Origin: Macrostomum lignano
Lineage: Eukaryota
NCBI GenBank assembly: GCA_002269645.1
Contig: NIVC01000085.1
Location: 186,001-250,000 of the forward strand
Reading direction: 5' to 3'
Length of the DNA stretch: 64,000 bases
Shown here one piece after another: positions 36,531 through 49,340 of this stretch. The position numbers and the translations under genes were made by a program. Within the stretch, counting starts at the first letter, position 1; each line of letters begins with the position of its first letter. The notes under the pieces were generated by a model. The model had not been told where the DNA came from, did no database searches, and saw nothing but the letters and a program-made list of their open reading frames with translations.

Positions 36531-37539
36531 CTGGCAGGCAAACGTCGGCTGGCAAACGGTCTCAAATCAGAACTATGGTATTAAGCCCCATTCAATTATA
36601 GCGTTCTTTATATAGCACATCACAGATTCTAATATAACACTAGATGGATCTCGAGGATCTCGAACGAATCAAGGTGAATTGCATGCAGCGATGCACCAGC
36701 TCCAAAATATGCTGCGCAGCTGCATTCAACACGAACAAAGGACCAATAGAAAGTGGACGCAAATTAAATATAAATCAATATCCGATCATTTGGATGCTAT
36801 TGGAGTTCGACTGAAGTGGAGTGCGATTCAGAGTCAGGAGTTGACGATCATGCTGCGACACTTTGGTTGCTCAGCCTTTTTCTGCGAGTTTCTTGTCTCA
36901 TTTCTCCAACAACACCCAGAAACCAGCGGTCAAAAAGTGGCAACTTTAATCCAACTCTAACCATAACTCTCCACTCTTTCCTTACACCAGCCTAAGCTGG
37001 GGCTTTGTGACGCAACTTGCATCTGCAACCACCAGTTGAGACGAGAACCGTACTAGGGCGTGGCTGTTATATACGTCCCTTACATGGATTCCAGCTATCC
37101 ATATTGATTGATCGTACTTGCTTTGTGCGTTGATTAGTACTATAGTTAACTACTGTCAGCTCGGAGCAGTATGCATTATCAGGTACATATCCGATGTATC
37201 GAGCAAAATGCAATTGGTTACGGAAAAAACGATTTCTTTACAATTGCATATTCAAGGGCTTGATGCATGGTAACACACTTTTGCCACCTCTTCGCCATTA
37301 CATGAGGCAGCTAGTCTTGGCTTATGAATAAATTAGTGATTAACCTCGCAAATTGCTTCAGTCCAAAGCTCCTTTCTCTCGCCTTTACAGGTGTTTAGTA
37401 AATTATTGATCGATTGTTATGCCTATTGTGTGTCGCTTCTCTAATTTGAATTCACTAGCTGGAGAAAAATGGGAAGATTCTGTAAGGTGCTGCTAGTGTA
37501 ACCGTACTTTAGGTGTGCAAAACCCAATGTAGAGAGTGA

Positions 37540-38080
37540 CAGTGCGATTGTGACAGTGAGTGATGCTGACATAGAAAGAGACATATTAGAGAGTGACCCG
37601 AACAGTGACAGAGTGACATCTTAGAAGGGTGACCTAAACATTGACATAGAGAGTGACATCTTAGAAGGGTGACCTAAACATTGACATAGAGAGTGACATC
37701 TTAGAAGGGTGACCTAAACATTGACATAGAGAGTGACATCTTAGAGACTGACCCAAACAGTGAAATAGAGAGTGACATCTTAGAGACTGACCCAAACAGT
37801 GAAATAGAGAGTGACATCTTAGAGACTGACCCAAACAGTGAAATAGAGAGTGACATCTTAGAGACTGACCCAAACAGTGACAGAGAGAGTGACATCTTAG
37901 AGACTGACCCAAACAGTGACAGAGAGAGTGACATCTTAGAGACTGACCCAAACAGTGAAATAGAGAGTGACATCTTAGAGACTGACCCAAACAGTGACAG
38001 AGAGAGTGACATCTTAGAGAGTGATCAAAACAGTGACAGAGAGAGTGACATCTTAGAGACTGACCCAAACAGTGACATCA
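37540..38080. repeat. 39-bp minisatellite (GAGAGTGACATCTTAGAGACTGACCCAAACAGTGAMAKA)
   Basis: About 13 copies. Confidence 0.95.
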
Positions 38081-38125
38081 AAGAGAGTAACGCAAGGAGT
38101 TATAAATATTCATCGTTCCAAAACG

Positions 38126-38126
<1 letters not shown>

Positions 38127-38171
<45 letters not shown>
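38127..38171. repeat. (CAA)15 microsatellite
   Basis: Direct inspection. Confidence 0.95.
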
Positions 38172-38172
<1 letters not shown>

Positions 38173-38889
38173 CACCTAACACAAAGAACCCCGAAAGAAG
38201 GTTAGCAAACTGAAGCGACTCTTAATGCCTCAGTCAAGTGCATTTCGTAGGAATGAAATAATGAATTTGATTGGAGACAACTGCATCAAAACCGATCTGA
38301 TTGGATAAAAACCATCGATCAGAGAAAGTGCTGCAAAAAAGCCCAATCGAGTCAGCTAGTTCAACAATATATAACATCAGCTGACTGCAGGATCAAGTAA
38401 GTTAAAGTAAATAAGGCAAAACTGCATGCCAGTCCGGGATCCAAGGTCGGTTAAGTGTAGAGAGAGCTTTCGAGAAGCGACTTTGAGAAGACACAAGGGT
38501 TGGGCGGCAACATGAGAGGGGAATGAGATAAGTAAGGACGAAGGGGATTCGAAAGAGAGCTTCCACTTAGCAGCCAAATTGCAAAATTGAAGCGCGCCAA
38601 GGAAGTGTATCGATTTCCTATCTATAGCTCCAGCTTCACCGGGGGCCCAGGTCATCCCCCTCTGAAGTTCAAGCCATGGACAACTTGAACTAAGTGTCTG
38701 GACTCGGGCGATCTAAGCTTTCTTTCAGTTTTTTTTGAAGAGTGTTTTTGCAGAGTGCTGAATGAGATTCTACCATAGACAATGTCTCATAGAAAAAATG
38801 TACATAAGATATAGAAACAACCGACATTTCGCAGGCGGCCGTCTTATGTACATGTATTGCCAGTATAGGGAACTAAGGACTTGAATGCG

Positions 38890-39150
38890 CTGCTTCTCCA
38901 GACTCTCCAGGCAAAATTTGGCCAAGAAGAACTCAATAGGCGGCAATAGAGCAGCTTCCCCTTTTTTTAAGTCAACTTTTCGTGCTTACACAGCCTCCTC
39001 CAGAATGTTGTCGGAGTGAAGTGCTTCACGGCAAACCCAGAGAGTGTTTGCGGGAGTTGACACGACGATACCTTTATAGTGTCAGTTCTCACCATCCTTC
39101 TTGAGTAGAATAGCGAAGATTGAGACATCTCGTGTCTCGAAAAGTAGGTT
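38890..39150 (-). mobile_element. Possible decayed LINE (RTE/CR1-like) RT N-terminal fragment
   Basis: RDVSIFAILLKKDGEN*HYKGIVVST resembles the DA.I..+.KKGD....NYRGISLLS motif. Confidence 0.3.
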
Positions 39151-39159
39151 GTGGGTGAG

Positions 39160-40175
39160 ATCGAGTAGCGATGGGGTGAGATTGAGTAGGGATTGGGGTG
39201 AGATTGAGTAGAGTTTAGGGTGAGATCGAGTAGGGATTGGGGCAGATTGAGTAGAGATTAGGGTGGGATTGAGCAGCGATTGGGGTGAGATTGAGTGGGG
39301 ATTGGGGGGAGAGATTGATATAGTGATAGGGGGTGAGATTGAGTAAGGATTGAGGGTGAGATTGAGTAGGGATTGAGGGTGAGATTGAGTAGGAATTGGG
39401 GGGGAAATTGAATAGTGATAGGGGGTGAGATTGAGTAAGGATTGAGTGTGAGATTGAGTAGGGATTGAGGGTGAGATTGAGTAGGAATTGGGGGGAAATT
39501 GAATAGTGATAGGGGGTGAGATTGAGTAGGGATTGGGGATGAGATTGAGTGTGAGATTGAGTAGGGATTGAGGGTGAGATGAGTAGGGATTGGGAGTGAG
39601 ATTAAGTAGAGATTGGAGGTGAGATTGAGTAGGGATTGGGGTTGAGATTGAGTAGGGATTGGGGGTGAGATTGAGTAGGGATTGGGAGTGAGATTGAATA
39701 GTGATAGGGGGTGAGATTGAGGGTGAGATTGAGTAGGGATTGAGGGTGAGATTGAGTAGGGATTGGGGGTGAGATTGAATAGTGATAGGGGGTGAGATTG
39801 AGGGTGAGATTGAGTAGGGATTGAGGGTGAGATTGAGTAGTGATTGGGAGTGAGATTAAGTAGAGATTGGGGGTGAGATTGAGTAGGGATTAGGGGTGAG
39901 ATTGAGTAGGGATTGGGGGTGAGATTGAGTAGGGATTAGGGGTGCGATTGAGTAGGGATTAAGGTGAGATTGAGTAGGGATTGGGGGTGAGATTGAGTAG
40001 GGATTAAGGTGAGATTGAGTGGGGATTAAGGTGAGATTGAGTGGGGATTAAGGTGAGATTGAGTAGAGATTAGAGTGAGATTGAGTAGAGATTAGAGTGA
40101 GATTGAGTAGAGATTAGGGTGAGATCGAGTAGGGATTGGGGGGAGATTGAATAGGAATTGGGGTTGAGATTGAGT
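39160..40175. repeat. About 23-bp G-rich minisatellite (GTGAGATTGAGTAGGGATTGGGG)
   Basis: About 43 copies. Confidence 0.95.
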
Positions 40176-41069
40176 ACGGAGCAGCATAATTTATTTGGCT
40201 GGCTGAGTAATACTCAAGGTGAATGGGTCCTATTTATTACAAATGATTGTTCCTAAAATTCGCACATTTTAGATGACTAACACTGATCCCACTTTAACCT
40301 GCCCTGCTGAACAGCACAGCAGGAAAAGCATATATTGCAGGCATCTTAATATCCCGGCGCAGGCCAATTGAATAATTGATACCAATTTTACATGATATTG
40401 CAATGCCTCTTTGCATTGCAAGCAAAACTGTGCAAAACTTGCTAATATAAGAAAGATTACGCAATCCCCCGAGTTGCTAGGGCATAATTTTTTACTAATT
40501 TTTTTTCACCTCCCATAATTCTTCATACTTTGCAGCTCGTAGGGTTCTTAAATCCCCTTTGGCTTTTCCCATTCAGCCAAGCAGCTGGCGGAAGAGAAGG
40601 CGGGAGTTGCTGCTGCAGGAAAGGCGGGGTTCACGGGAGGCTTAGCCGGGTCATTAGTTGCTGGGAGATGATGCAGAGGCAACCGCAGGTGACGACTGCT
40701 TGGCTGGGGGGATGGGGCTGGAAGCTGGGCGGATGATGCGGCTGACACGGCCGCACCAAATGGCCGGAGCATTTCGGCACATTTTCTGCAGGCCTTCCTT
40801 CGTTTCACTTCCCCCCCCCTCACCAACAAAATCCCCTCTTTGTCCTGCTTTCACCTCTTTCTCTGTCTCTCGACAGTCTGGTGAATTAATTATTAAATCA
40901 TCTCTTTGGCTTCATGCAGTTGCGAGGCAAGTCAAGGGAGCATCTTTCGGCACCTTCATGGCCGCACTGCTGCTGTGGATGCGAGAGCCGAGCTGATGCT
41001 TCAACTCAGGGATAGTTGGATAGATAGATCGATAGTTAGTTGATTAGAAGTCAATGAGGGAATGTGAGT

Positions 41070-41850
41070 GACGAAGAGAATGACAGAGAGACAGATAGTC
41101 ACAGCGAGAGTGACAGAGAGAATGATAGAGAGAGTGACAGAGAGAGTTACGGAGAGAGTGACAGAGAGAGTTACAGAGAGAGTGACAGAAAGAGTGACAG
41201 AGAAAGACTTAGAGAGTGACAGAGAGAGAGAGACTGAGAGAGTGACAGAGAGAGTGACAGAGAGAGTGACTGAGAGAGTGACAGAGAGAGTGACAGAGAG
41301 AGTGACAGAGAGAGTGACAGAGAGTGACAGAAAGAGTTACGGAGAGAGACTGAGAGAGTGACAGAGAGAGTGACAGGGAGAGAGTGACAGAAAGAGTGAC
41401 AGAGAGAGTGGCAGAGAGAGTGACAGAGAGAGTGACAGAAAGAGTGACAGAGAGAGACCGAGAGAATGACAGAGAGAGTGACAGAGAGAGTGACAGAGAG
41501 AGTGACAGAGAGAGACTGAGAGAGTGACAGAGAGAGTGACAGAGAGAGTGACAGAGTGACAGAGAGAGTGACAGAGTGACAGAGAGAGTGACAGAGAGAG
41601 AGTGACAGAGAGAGTTACAGAAGAGAGAGACAGAGAGAGTGACAGAGTGACAGAGAGAGTGACAGAGAGAGAGTGACAGAGAGAGTTACAGAAGAGAGAG
41701 ACAGAGAGAGTGACAGAGAGAGTTACAGAAGAGAGAGACAGAGAGAGTGACAGAGAGAGTGACAGAGAGAGTGACAGAGAGAGTGACAGAGAAATTGACA
41801 GAGAGATTGACAGAGAGAGAGAGTGACAGAGAGAGTGCCAGAGAGAACAA
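41070..41850. repeat. 10-14-bp minisatellite (GAGAGAGTGACA)
   Basis: Tandem copies with a variable number of GA. Confidence 0.95.
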
Positions 41851-42725
41851 TGGCGTGACACAGAGATGACCAGAGAATGACAGAAGGAAAGAACAGGCAA
41901 CGATAACTGCATCGAGTGATTGCCCAGAAAGGCTAAAGTGTCCCATGCGAAACAATTATTCACACCCTTCAATCGGTCAATCAGTTCTCTCAGCTCCAAA
42001 ACGGAGTTATATATATTTAAAGTGACTCAATAATGCCCCAGTCAGAACAGTTGGATATGACTGTTCTCACCTCAGATATCCAGTATTATCGCTGCGGGGG
42101 ACAAGTTCGAGTAAGCCGTCATTCCTTAGTCTCTAAGCCTCCCCTTATAGCCAAGCTTAGCTTGTCTCTCACGAGCCTCCCTCTGTGCAGAAAGCAGATT
42201 GAGAAGCTCCCCACTTCGGGATTAAGGAATATTAATCAGTCCTCCCCCCCAGACCCCACGAAATCAGCTCCACCATGCACCAAAATGAGTGACAGCCTGC
42301 ATATAACTGTCTATGATAAGCAGTTTGGAACCATATTTTTCCAACTCTTCTATCTAACGCAATATTAGACACGGATGCTTTCGATGAAGTCAGGAGAGGC
42401 TGAACGAAATTGGGTCATTCTGGATGCTGGACCCTGGCTGACCGGTTGAGACTGAGGGCGCGCTGAAGGAGATGAAGAGGGTAGGGGGGGCAGGACTCTC
42501 TGATCATCTCAGAGGATTCTGCCAGGCTGAAATGAAATCGCGAGTGGTGGGGATGGGTGACTCATTTCTGGTGTAACTCCCCATTTTGCTCTCCCTTCCT
42601 CCCTCGATTTGATTGCAGCGCCATCCCTTTGAAATTCTGAGCACTGGAATAAGATGAATGAACGAGTGGCACGTGAGGGAGTGGAATAGTTTACTGCTAG
42701 ATACGCAGTCTAAAGGGGGTGGTAC

Positions 42726-42728
<3 letters not shown>

Positions 42729-42764
<36 letters not shown>

Positions 42765-42769
42765 GGACT

Positions 42770-42808
<39 letters not shown>

Positions 42809-42878
42809 GGACTGACAGACAGACAGACAGACAGACAGACAGAAAGATAGACAGACAGAAAGACAGACAGACAGACAT

Positions 42879-42977
<99 letters not shown>

Positions 42978-42979
42978 GG

Positions 42980-43035
<56 letters not shown>

Positions 43036-43036
43036 A

Positions 43037-43127
<91 letters not shown>

Positions 43128-43128
43128 A

Positions 43129-43180
<52 letters not shown>
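42729..43180. repeat. (GACA)n microsatellite
   Basis: About 110 units with scattered point variants. Confidence 0.97.
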
Positions 43181-43181
<1 letters not shown>

Positions 43182-44739
43182 TAGCCACAGACAGTGAAAC
43201 AGATGAGAATGGAGCGCTGGTGCTCGAGTCCTAATGAGCACAACTTTAAAGATCGATAAAGTTTTTCACGCCCAGAAAAACTCCCCGACAAAATCATGCT
43301 TGGCCCCAGCCTTCGAGTTTTCGGAAATCGGATTAGCCATGAGGGGCCTCCACTGGCCACTCCCGTCTGGTTGGTCGCGGAGCATTCATAATTGCTCTAG
43401 AAAGGCCAGGCCGTCTTCTTCTCTTCAAGCCGAGAGCAGCTCCATAGATGAGTCGCGAGCATTTGGGATTTGGGATCCAAGATTTGGTCCTGCTGCAGGG
43501 ACTGAAAGGCGAAGAGTGAGTCAGAGAACCCAACGGACATCAGAAGCTATACGCGCATGTATTAAGAAAACAGTTTTTTTAGTTCAGTAATTAAGCAAAC
43601 TCTGCCGCCATCGATTTGTATCGGTGCTTGGGGAACAATTGAGAGCAGGCGGGCGCAGCGGTCCAGGACCCGGGAGCAAAGCGCTCTACTATTGTATACA
43701 TTTAGCCATGGAGACCGAATCAAACTAAAACTTGGAGAAATATAGGAGTAGGCCCTAGTGAATGATTTCAGTTCGTTATTGACCACGAAAACCGTGCATC
43801 TTCTTTCTGTACGTCGAAGGTTTGTTTGCATCACAGCGCCGCTTTCGATGTCCTATCTGGTAAAGTGTGAAAAATGTCGACTTTTTCAAAAATTGTGACA
43901 ACACCAGCTCACAGCATGTTGCTCAGAATGCAAAGATTTTTTATTCAAGTGTTGAAAATTTATTCAGCTTTAAGATGACACCAAGTTTACAAAAATCGGT
44001 TTTACCAAAATGAAGTTATGATAAATTTTGTGAAATATGACGAAGCGACTTGACTATCTTTTGTGTGTAAACGACAGCTGCTGTTACTCCAACTGCTGGT
44101 TCTGGACCTCCTTGATATTGCTAACGACTTTTCGCCTTTCTATTTTCTATTCTCATTTTTTTCTACTTTTCTTTATTCTTCTCCGACTGCTGCTCCCGAG
44201 AGCTTCCTTCCTTCCTCTCTCTCTCCTCCTCTCAGCTTTGCCTCTCTTTCATTCTTCAGTCGGCTTCCTCTCAGAAATTTTCTCCTGCGTTACTCACTCT
44301 TTCACTCGCTCTGAACTTACTTTTATTTTCTCACTGGGCTACTCACGCAGACTTTCGCTCCTATATAGGTTTCATTGAATTTCTTATATGTACGCGACTG
44401 TTTTGAGTCAGCGGTTATAAACTTGATTGGGGGGTTGGGGTTTATTGGAGTGGTTTTTTGAAGTTACTGCATTGTGACAAAAATGCTGTGCGGTTTTCTA
44501 ATCTCAGGTTTGAGCTCACTTTCGCGCTAGCGGATCAATAATAATTAATCTATAATACTATCTGTGACCACTGAGGAGGATCTCTTTTGGAGCGATCAGA
44601 TATTCGTAGGACTGCTGGGGTATTGACTTAAAGAGGTACTACGGTATTTAGTGAGCCCAGTTATCGAAGTAATCCAGGAGGGGTGGCATGGGTATCTACA
44701 TGTGGGCGTATCTAAACAGGTTTCAGGTACTCATAGATC

Positions 44740-45130
44740 GGTTCTGGGGTATCTAGATCGGTTCTAGGCCACCTAGATCGGTTCTGGGGTATCTAGATCG
44801 GTTCTAGGGTATCTAGATCGGTCCTAGGGTATCTAGATCGGTTCTAGGGTATCTAGATCGGTTCTAGGGTATCTAGATCGGTTCTAGGGTATCTAGATCG
44901 GTTCTAGGGTATCTAGATCGGTTCTACGGTATCTAGATCGGTTCTAGGGTATCTAGATCGGTTCCATGGTGTTTAGATCGGTTCTTCTGTATCTAGATCG
45001 GTTCCAGAGTATCTAGATCGGTCCCAGGGTATCTATATCGGTCCCAGGGTATCTATATCGGTTCCAGGGTATCTATATCAGTTTCAGGGTATCTAGATCG
45101 GTCACAGAGTATCTAGATAGTCTCCAGGGT
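44740..45130. repeat. 20-bp minisatellite (GGTATCTAGATCGGTTCTAG)
   Basis: About 19 copies. Confidence 0.95.
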
Positions 45131-45299
45131 ATGCACTCTGAATTTTTAAAAACTATTTTTTATCAATTCTCAAACTTTTTCATTAATCAAACAGACAAGG
45201 CGACGCAATGAAAAGTTGAGGAATTTTCCAACAGCCCACACGCGACAACAACAATAATTCATATGTCTCCTTTTTCTATCAACTCTTCAATTGCAAGAA

Positions 45300-46850
45300 A
45301 GATGGAGATAATAACAGGCGTTTTACACGGTCTCTGTTTGCACGCCATGACATGACAGCTGTCACAGGGGCTGCATGGCATGCCTCAGACACCCCTCCTC
45401 ATTGTGTGCAATTCTCACCTGCCCCTCCCACACCTTTGTATAAGATAAGGAAGAGTCTATAAAACTCCCATTCCACCCAATGCGTCCACCATAGGTCGCC
45501 CATGCAGTCCCAAACCACCAGGCCAAATCTGATTGCATAACCTTTTCAAGGTTGCAAATGTCTTGTGTGCACAGATGATTTACTGTAAGGAGATATTGCT
45601 CCAGCTCCAGTCTTCAGCTGCGCCTCAACAATTGAGAATATCTGCTTAAGAATTCATGATGAAGAAAAAGCGAAACAGGTAGTCAGCTAGCTGTATATTT
45701 TTGCAGCTGTAAGCACAGGTGAAAAAAAGTTGATCGGAAGGGGGGTGAGGGGACGACACGTGTCCGGGTTTTGGTGTTGGCAAACAGGAAGGCCGCCTCA
45801 TTTCTCATTCTTATTCTTATTCTTGTAAAGCCTTGGTTTCTTAACCTTTTAAACTCTCGGGAGTTCTCCACACTTTTTTTATAAGAAGTGATCTAAACTA
45901 AGTAGGGTTCAAAACTCCTCCTTCAAGATGATTCACACTCCCCAATGAGAGGATTCACACCCCAGAGAGAGGATTCACACCACCAGAGAGAGAGATTCAC
46001 ACCTCCAGAGGACCAGAGCCAGAGAGAGGCCGGATTCACACCCCCAGAAAGATTATTCACAGCTCCGAGTAGGATCCACAATTAATAAGACTATTTACAA
46101 TTCTGGTAGGCCTCACAGATCTACATGAGGATTTAGAATCCAGTTTTTTTTTCAGAAACATATTTCAAAAGAAATTCGAGTCTGGGGAGTTGTTTCAGTT
46201 CAAGTCGTGCATACATAGCAGAGCGCTTGTCTCTTGAGGAGGAGCGTTGTTAAGGTGTCAGATCTTTGCCCCGGCTGCAGCTATGACGCAACCTGCAGTT
46301 TTACAGCTCTCTTCATTGCTTAATTAACATTTTTGCAGTGCAAATGACGAGCCCAAGTTCATGTAGATAAGATTGAAGGACGAATGCACGCATTGGATTT
46401 TGGGGTGCTGGAACTGCATGCATGGTTGCTGCGCGCTGTGATGGCTATCAAAATTTTCTCCTGCCTGACGTGTGCAACAAGAATGTTGGACATCGCTCCG
46501 GAACCCGGGGGTCAAAGAGGCGAGAGAGAGAGAGAGAGAGAGAGAGACTGGGACGAAACCGGAGTAAAAACGGGAAGACCGGACAAAACTTAGTTTTCCT
46601 CTTCATCCTCCTCATTCTCTGTGCTGTTGCGTAACATGGGTGGCTGCATAGATCTTGGGATTCCGTCAGAGACTGCATGGTGGGAAGTGGGGAGCGTAAC
46701 TTCGTCTGCATGGGATTCAATGCGTAAGCATCCGAAATCCACTTCAGGATATTCAATTCTTACGATCAGTTGCTTGCAGAGATTTGCACGAGGCAATTGG
46801 GTGAGTCTGCAATTACTTGTACACACAAGTATAAAGTGACGAAGAACGTA
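45300..46850 (-). mobile_element. Decayed DIRS/Ngaro-type RT-RNase H region
   Basis: Colinear motif remnants on the minus strand: KWISDAYALNP (RT motif A-like, about 46740), FCPVFPFLLR (LPFGL-like), LQSYLHELGLVI, and SDLAWW...WNGSF (RT-RNase H linker, about 45520). Interrupted by (GA)n and a minisatellite. Confidence 0.4.
45930..46075. repeat. About 22-bp short array (GAGAGGATTCACACCCCA-like)
   Basis: About 6 degenerate copies. Confidence 0.8.
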
Positions 46851-47519
46851 AATCATAATGTTTATGAATTTGTACTGTTTTATTTCTCATTTTTGACTTC
46901 TGCTCTGCTTTGAAATCTTAAAGCTTCACCTCATATTATGGTTATGCATGGTTTTCATGGAAAAATTCGATTAAAAATACAATCATCGTGTAGCCTAAAA
47001 TTATTTTAAAATATACCATACGTCTACTTATAGTAGGCTAGTAGAGAGTTTAGCATGTAATAAAAGTTCTGTAGCCTTAAAACTATTGACAATTGAACGA
47101 TAATGAATCATCTATGTAGAAGTCAGACAGGCTCTGGCAGTGTAGATTATTTCTTAAATTCTCCAAAGCTAAAAGTTGGGAAATTCTAAAAAAAGTTTAG
47201 AAAATTGGCGTCACACAAAGGCAAATCTATGAATTTTTTTGCTGAAGAATGGTTCACACAGAGTGTACATCTATACTTGCAGATTTCCATCAAATGTCTA
47301 TCAAATGTACTTTACTGTACGGCTTAAATGTCTATTACAGAACCTTATAAGAGGTGCCTTCTTGTATACATTCTACGAGTACCTGAATCCTTGTTCACCG
47401 CTGCAAATTTTGATGGACAACCGCTGCTTATGGGCATCTAAAGTACAAGGGACACTACAGTCGGTCGGTAAGAAACATCCATATAGAATTGTCGTCTCGA
47501 TCAAATTTGTCTATGGCTG

Positions 47520-47810
47520 GAACCCTAATCTAGTAGAGCATAAATGTTCGGGGGTTCGATTCTCTACCTAACTCGAAAATTTTTGTGTCCTTGATCAAGA
47601 CACTTAACTCAGCATTGCGTCAGTTCACCCAGCTGTAACATGGATGCCAGCATTAGCTGGGGTAATTGAGGGGTGTGTGTGGAGTGGCTACACCCCCCCC
47701 CCCCAAGTCCTTGGACTGAACAGCCGTACGCAGCTTTAAGATGCGACGTGCAATAGCTGCGGCTGAGCTGTCGGTTGCACATTTGGCCCAATTAGGTCAG
47801 GTGCAATAAA
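47520..47810 (+). mobile_element. tRNA-derived SINE with conserved central domain
   Basis: B box GGTTCGATTC at 47553-47562, then TGTGTCCTTGATCAAGACACTTAACTC...CACCCAGCTGTAA, a core/Nin-like body widespread in invertebrate SINEs. Confidence 0.6.
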
Positions 47811-47924
47811 AAAGTGCTCTGAAAGCTTTCGCTAATGCATTTTTGCAGCAAAATGCATGCAGTCTCAAGTGAAATCGACAGTTCTTGTGTAATACAGTAT
47901 GTAGAATTTAGTAGTCCATGGTCT

Positions 47925-48047
47925 CTACGCCAACTGCTCCACCGCTTCGTCCATGACCAGACTGACCAGCGCGTTGGCCACGGAGTGCATCATGTCGCTG
48001 GATTCTCTGTAGCTCAGCTGGGCCTCCTGACCGGAGAAGTCCAGGCC
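47925..48047 (-). CDS. HEATR4: HEAT repeat-containing protein 4, exon 11 (last)
   Basis: Acceptor CCGCAG|GGC, phase 0. GLDFSGQEAQLSY...VEQLA then TAG. Non-conserved tail, so based on splice logic. Confidence 0.65.
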   Translation of the reverse strand, partial: GLDFSGQEAQLSYRESSDMMHSVANALVSLVMDEAVEQLA

Positions 48048-48109
48048 CTGCGGAACATTTGTTTGATTGTTGAATTTGATGTTGTTTTCTGCAGTTTCTG
48101 TAGGTACTT

Positions 48110-48600
48110 GCGGTGGTACTGGGGTGGTACTGGGGTGGCACTGGGGTGGTACTGAGGTGGCACTGGGGTGGTACTGAGGTGGTACTGGGGTGGTACTGGA
48201 GTGGTACTGGGGTGGTACTGAGGTGGTACTGGGGTGGTACTGGGGTGGTACTGGGGTGGTACTGGGGTGGTACTGGGGTGGTACTGGGGTGGTACTGGGG
48301 TGGTACTGGGGTGGTACTGGGGTGGTACTGAGGTGGCACTGGGGTGGTACTGAAGTGGTACTGGGGTGGTACTGGGGTGGTACTGGGGTGGTACTGGGGT
48401 GGTACTGGGGTGGTACTGGGGTGGTACTGGGGTGGTACTGAGGTGGTACTGAGGTGGTACTGGGGTGGTACTGAGGTGGTGCTGGGGTGGTACTGAGGTG
48501 GTACTGGGGTGGTACTGGGGTGGTACTGAGGTGGTACTGGGGTGGTACTGGGGTGGTACTGAGGTGGTACTGAGGTGGTACTGGGGTGGTACGGGGTGGT
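48110..48600. repeat. 11-bp minisatellite (GGGGTGGTACT) in HEATR4 intron 10
   Basis: About 44 copies. Confidence 0.97.
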
Positions 48601-48656
48601 ACCGGTTCATGCAACTGTCACGGGCTGGTTGTCACACTGAAGCCAAGGCTGCTCAC

Positions 48657-48930
48657 CTGAACAGCGGCCACCCTGTCGATTTCGTCACGCCTCTCCGGCT
48701 GCAGGAAGCCCTCCAGCTCCGCGGCCCGCTGTTCGCCAATCTCCTGACCGGCCCAGCGCGCCCGCTGATCCTTGAGCGCCTCGGCCGGCAGCGACAGCTT
48801 GGAGCGCGCCGACTTGGCGGCTTCGTCGTCGGCCGAGGCGGAGCGGTGGCGCCGAGCTGACTGCTCGATTTCGTCGCGAAGCGAGATGGAGCCGCCGCCA
48901 GCATCCGAGCCGGAGGGCGAGTGGCGACGG
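48657..48930 (-). CDS. HEATR4: HEATR4 exon 10
   Basis: Acceptor CCGCAG|C (phase 2) and donor CAG|GTGAGC (phase 0). Phases match both neighbours. Confidence 0.72.
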
Positions 48931-48959
48931 CTGCGGAGAATGGCGAATCGGAAGCAAAC

Positions 48960-49193
48960 GCGGCTATAGCAATACTCGTTGCTATGGTAACACCCGGCGC
49001 TAAGAAAACACTCGTTGCTAGGGTAAGACTCGTTGCTAGGGTAAGACTCGTTGCTAAGAGACCACTCTTTGCTAGGGTAACGCTCGTTGCTAAGAGAACA
49101 CTCGTTGCTATGATAACACAGAAAGCTATGAGAGGACTCGTAGCTATCGTAACACAGAAAGCTATGAGAAAACTCGTTGCTATGGTAACACAA
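48960..49193. promoter_or_regulatory. 18-bp minisatellite made of RFX X-box-like motifs in HEATR4 intron 9
   Basis: GTTGCTATGGTAAC at 48978 and 49176, GTTGCTATGATAAC at 49104 (all fit GTHNYY-AT-RRNAAC). The other units are degenerate X-boxes on the same 18-bp register. The repeat is certain; the regulatory role is inferred. Confidence 0.55.
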
Positions 49194-49340
49194 AGTGATG
49201 GCAACACCCATTGTAATACAGGCAGCACCCGATTTTAAGAAAACAACCGTTGCAATCAAAGCACGGACGCTATGGTAAACAGACAGACTTGTATCTTTCT
49301 AACCTGTGCTTACCATGCTAATATCCCCTACCGCACTCAC

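Noticed and set aside
36679-36960. Possible Myb/SANT-like ORF beside the Harbinger MITE
   Set aside because: Only vague resemblance (KWTQI...ISDHLDAIGVRLKW), outside the TIRs, with no associated nuclease ORF.
40530-43590. GC-rich ORF-bearing islands at 40530-41000, 42030-42700 and 43230-43590
   Set aside because: No recognisable motifs or phase-compatible exon chain; may belong to the neighbouring decayed retroelement but this is unsupported.
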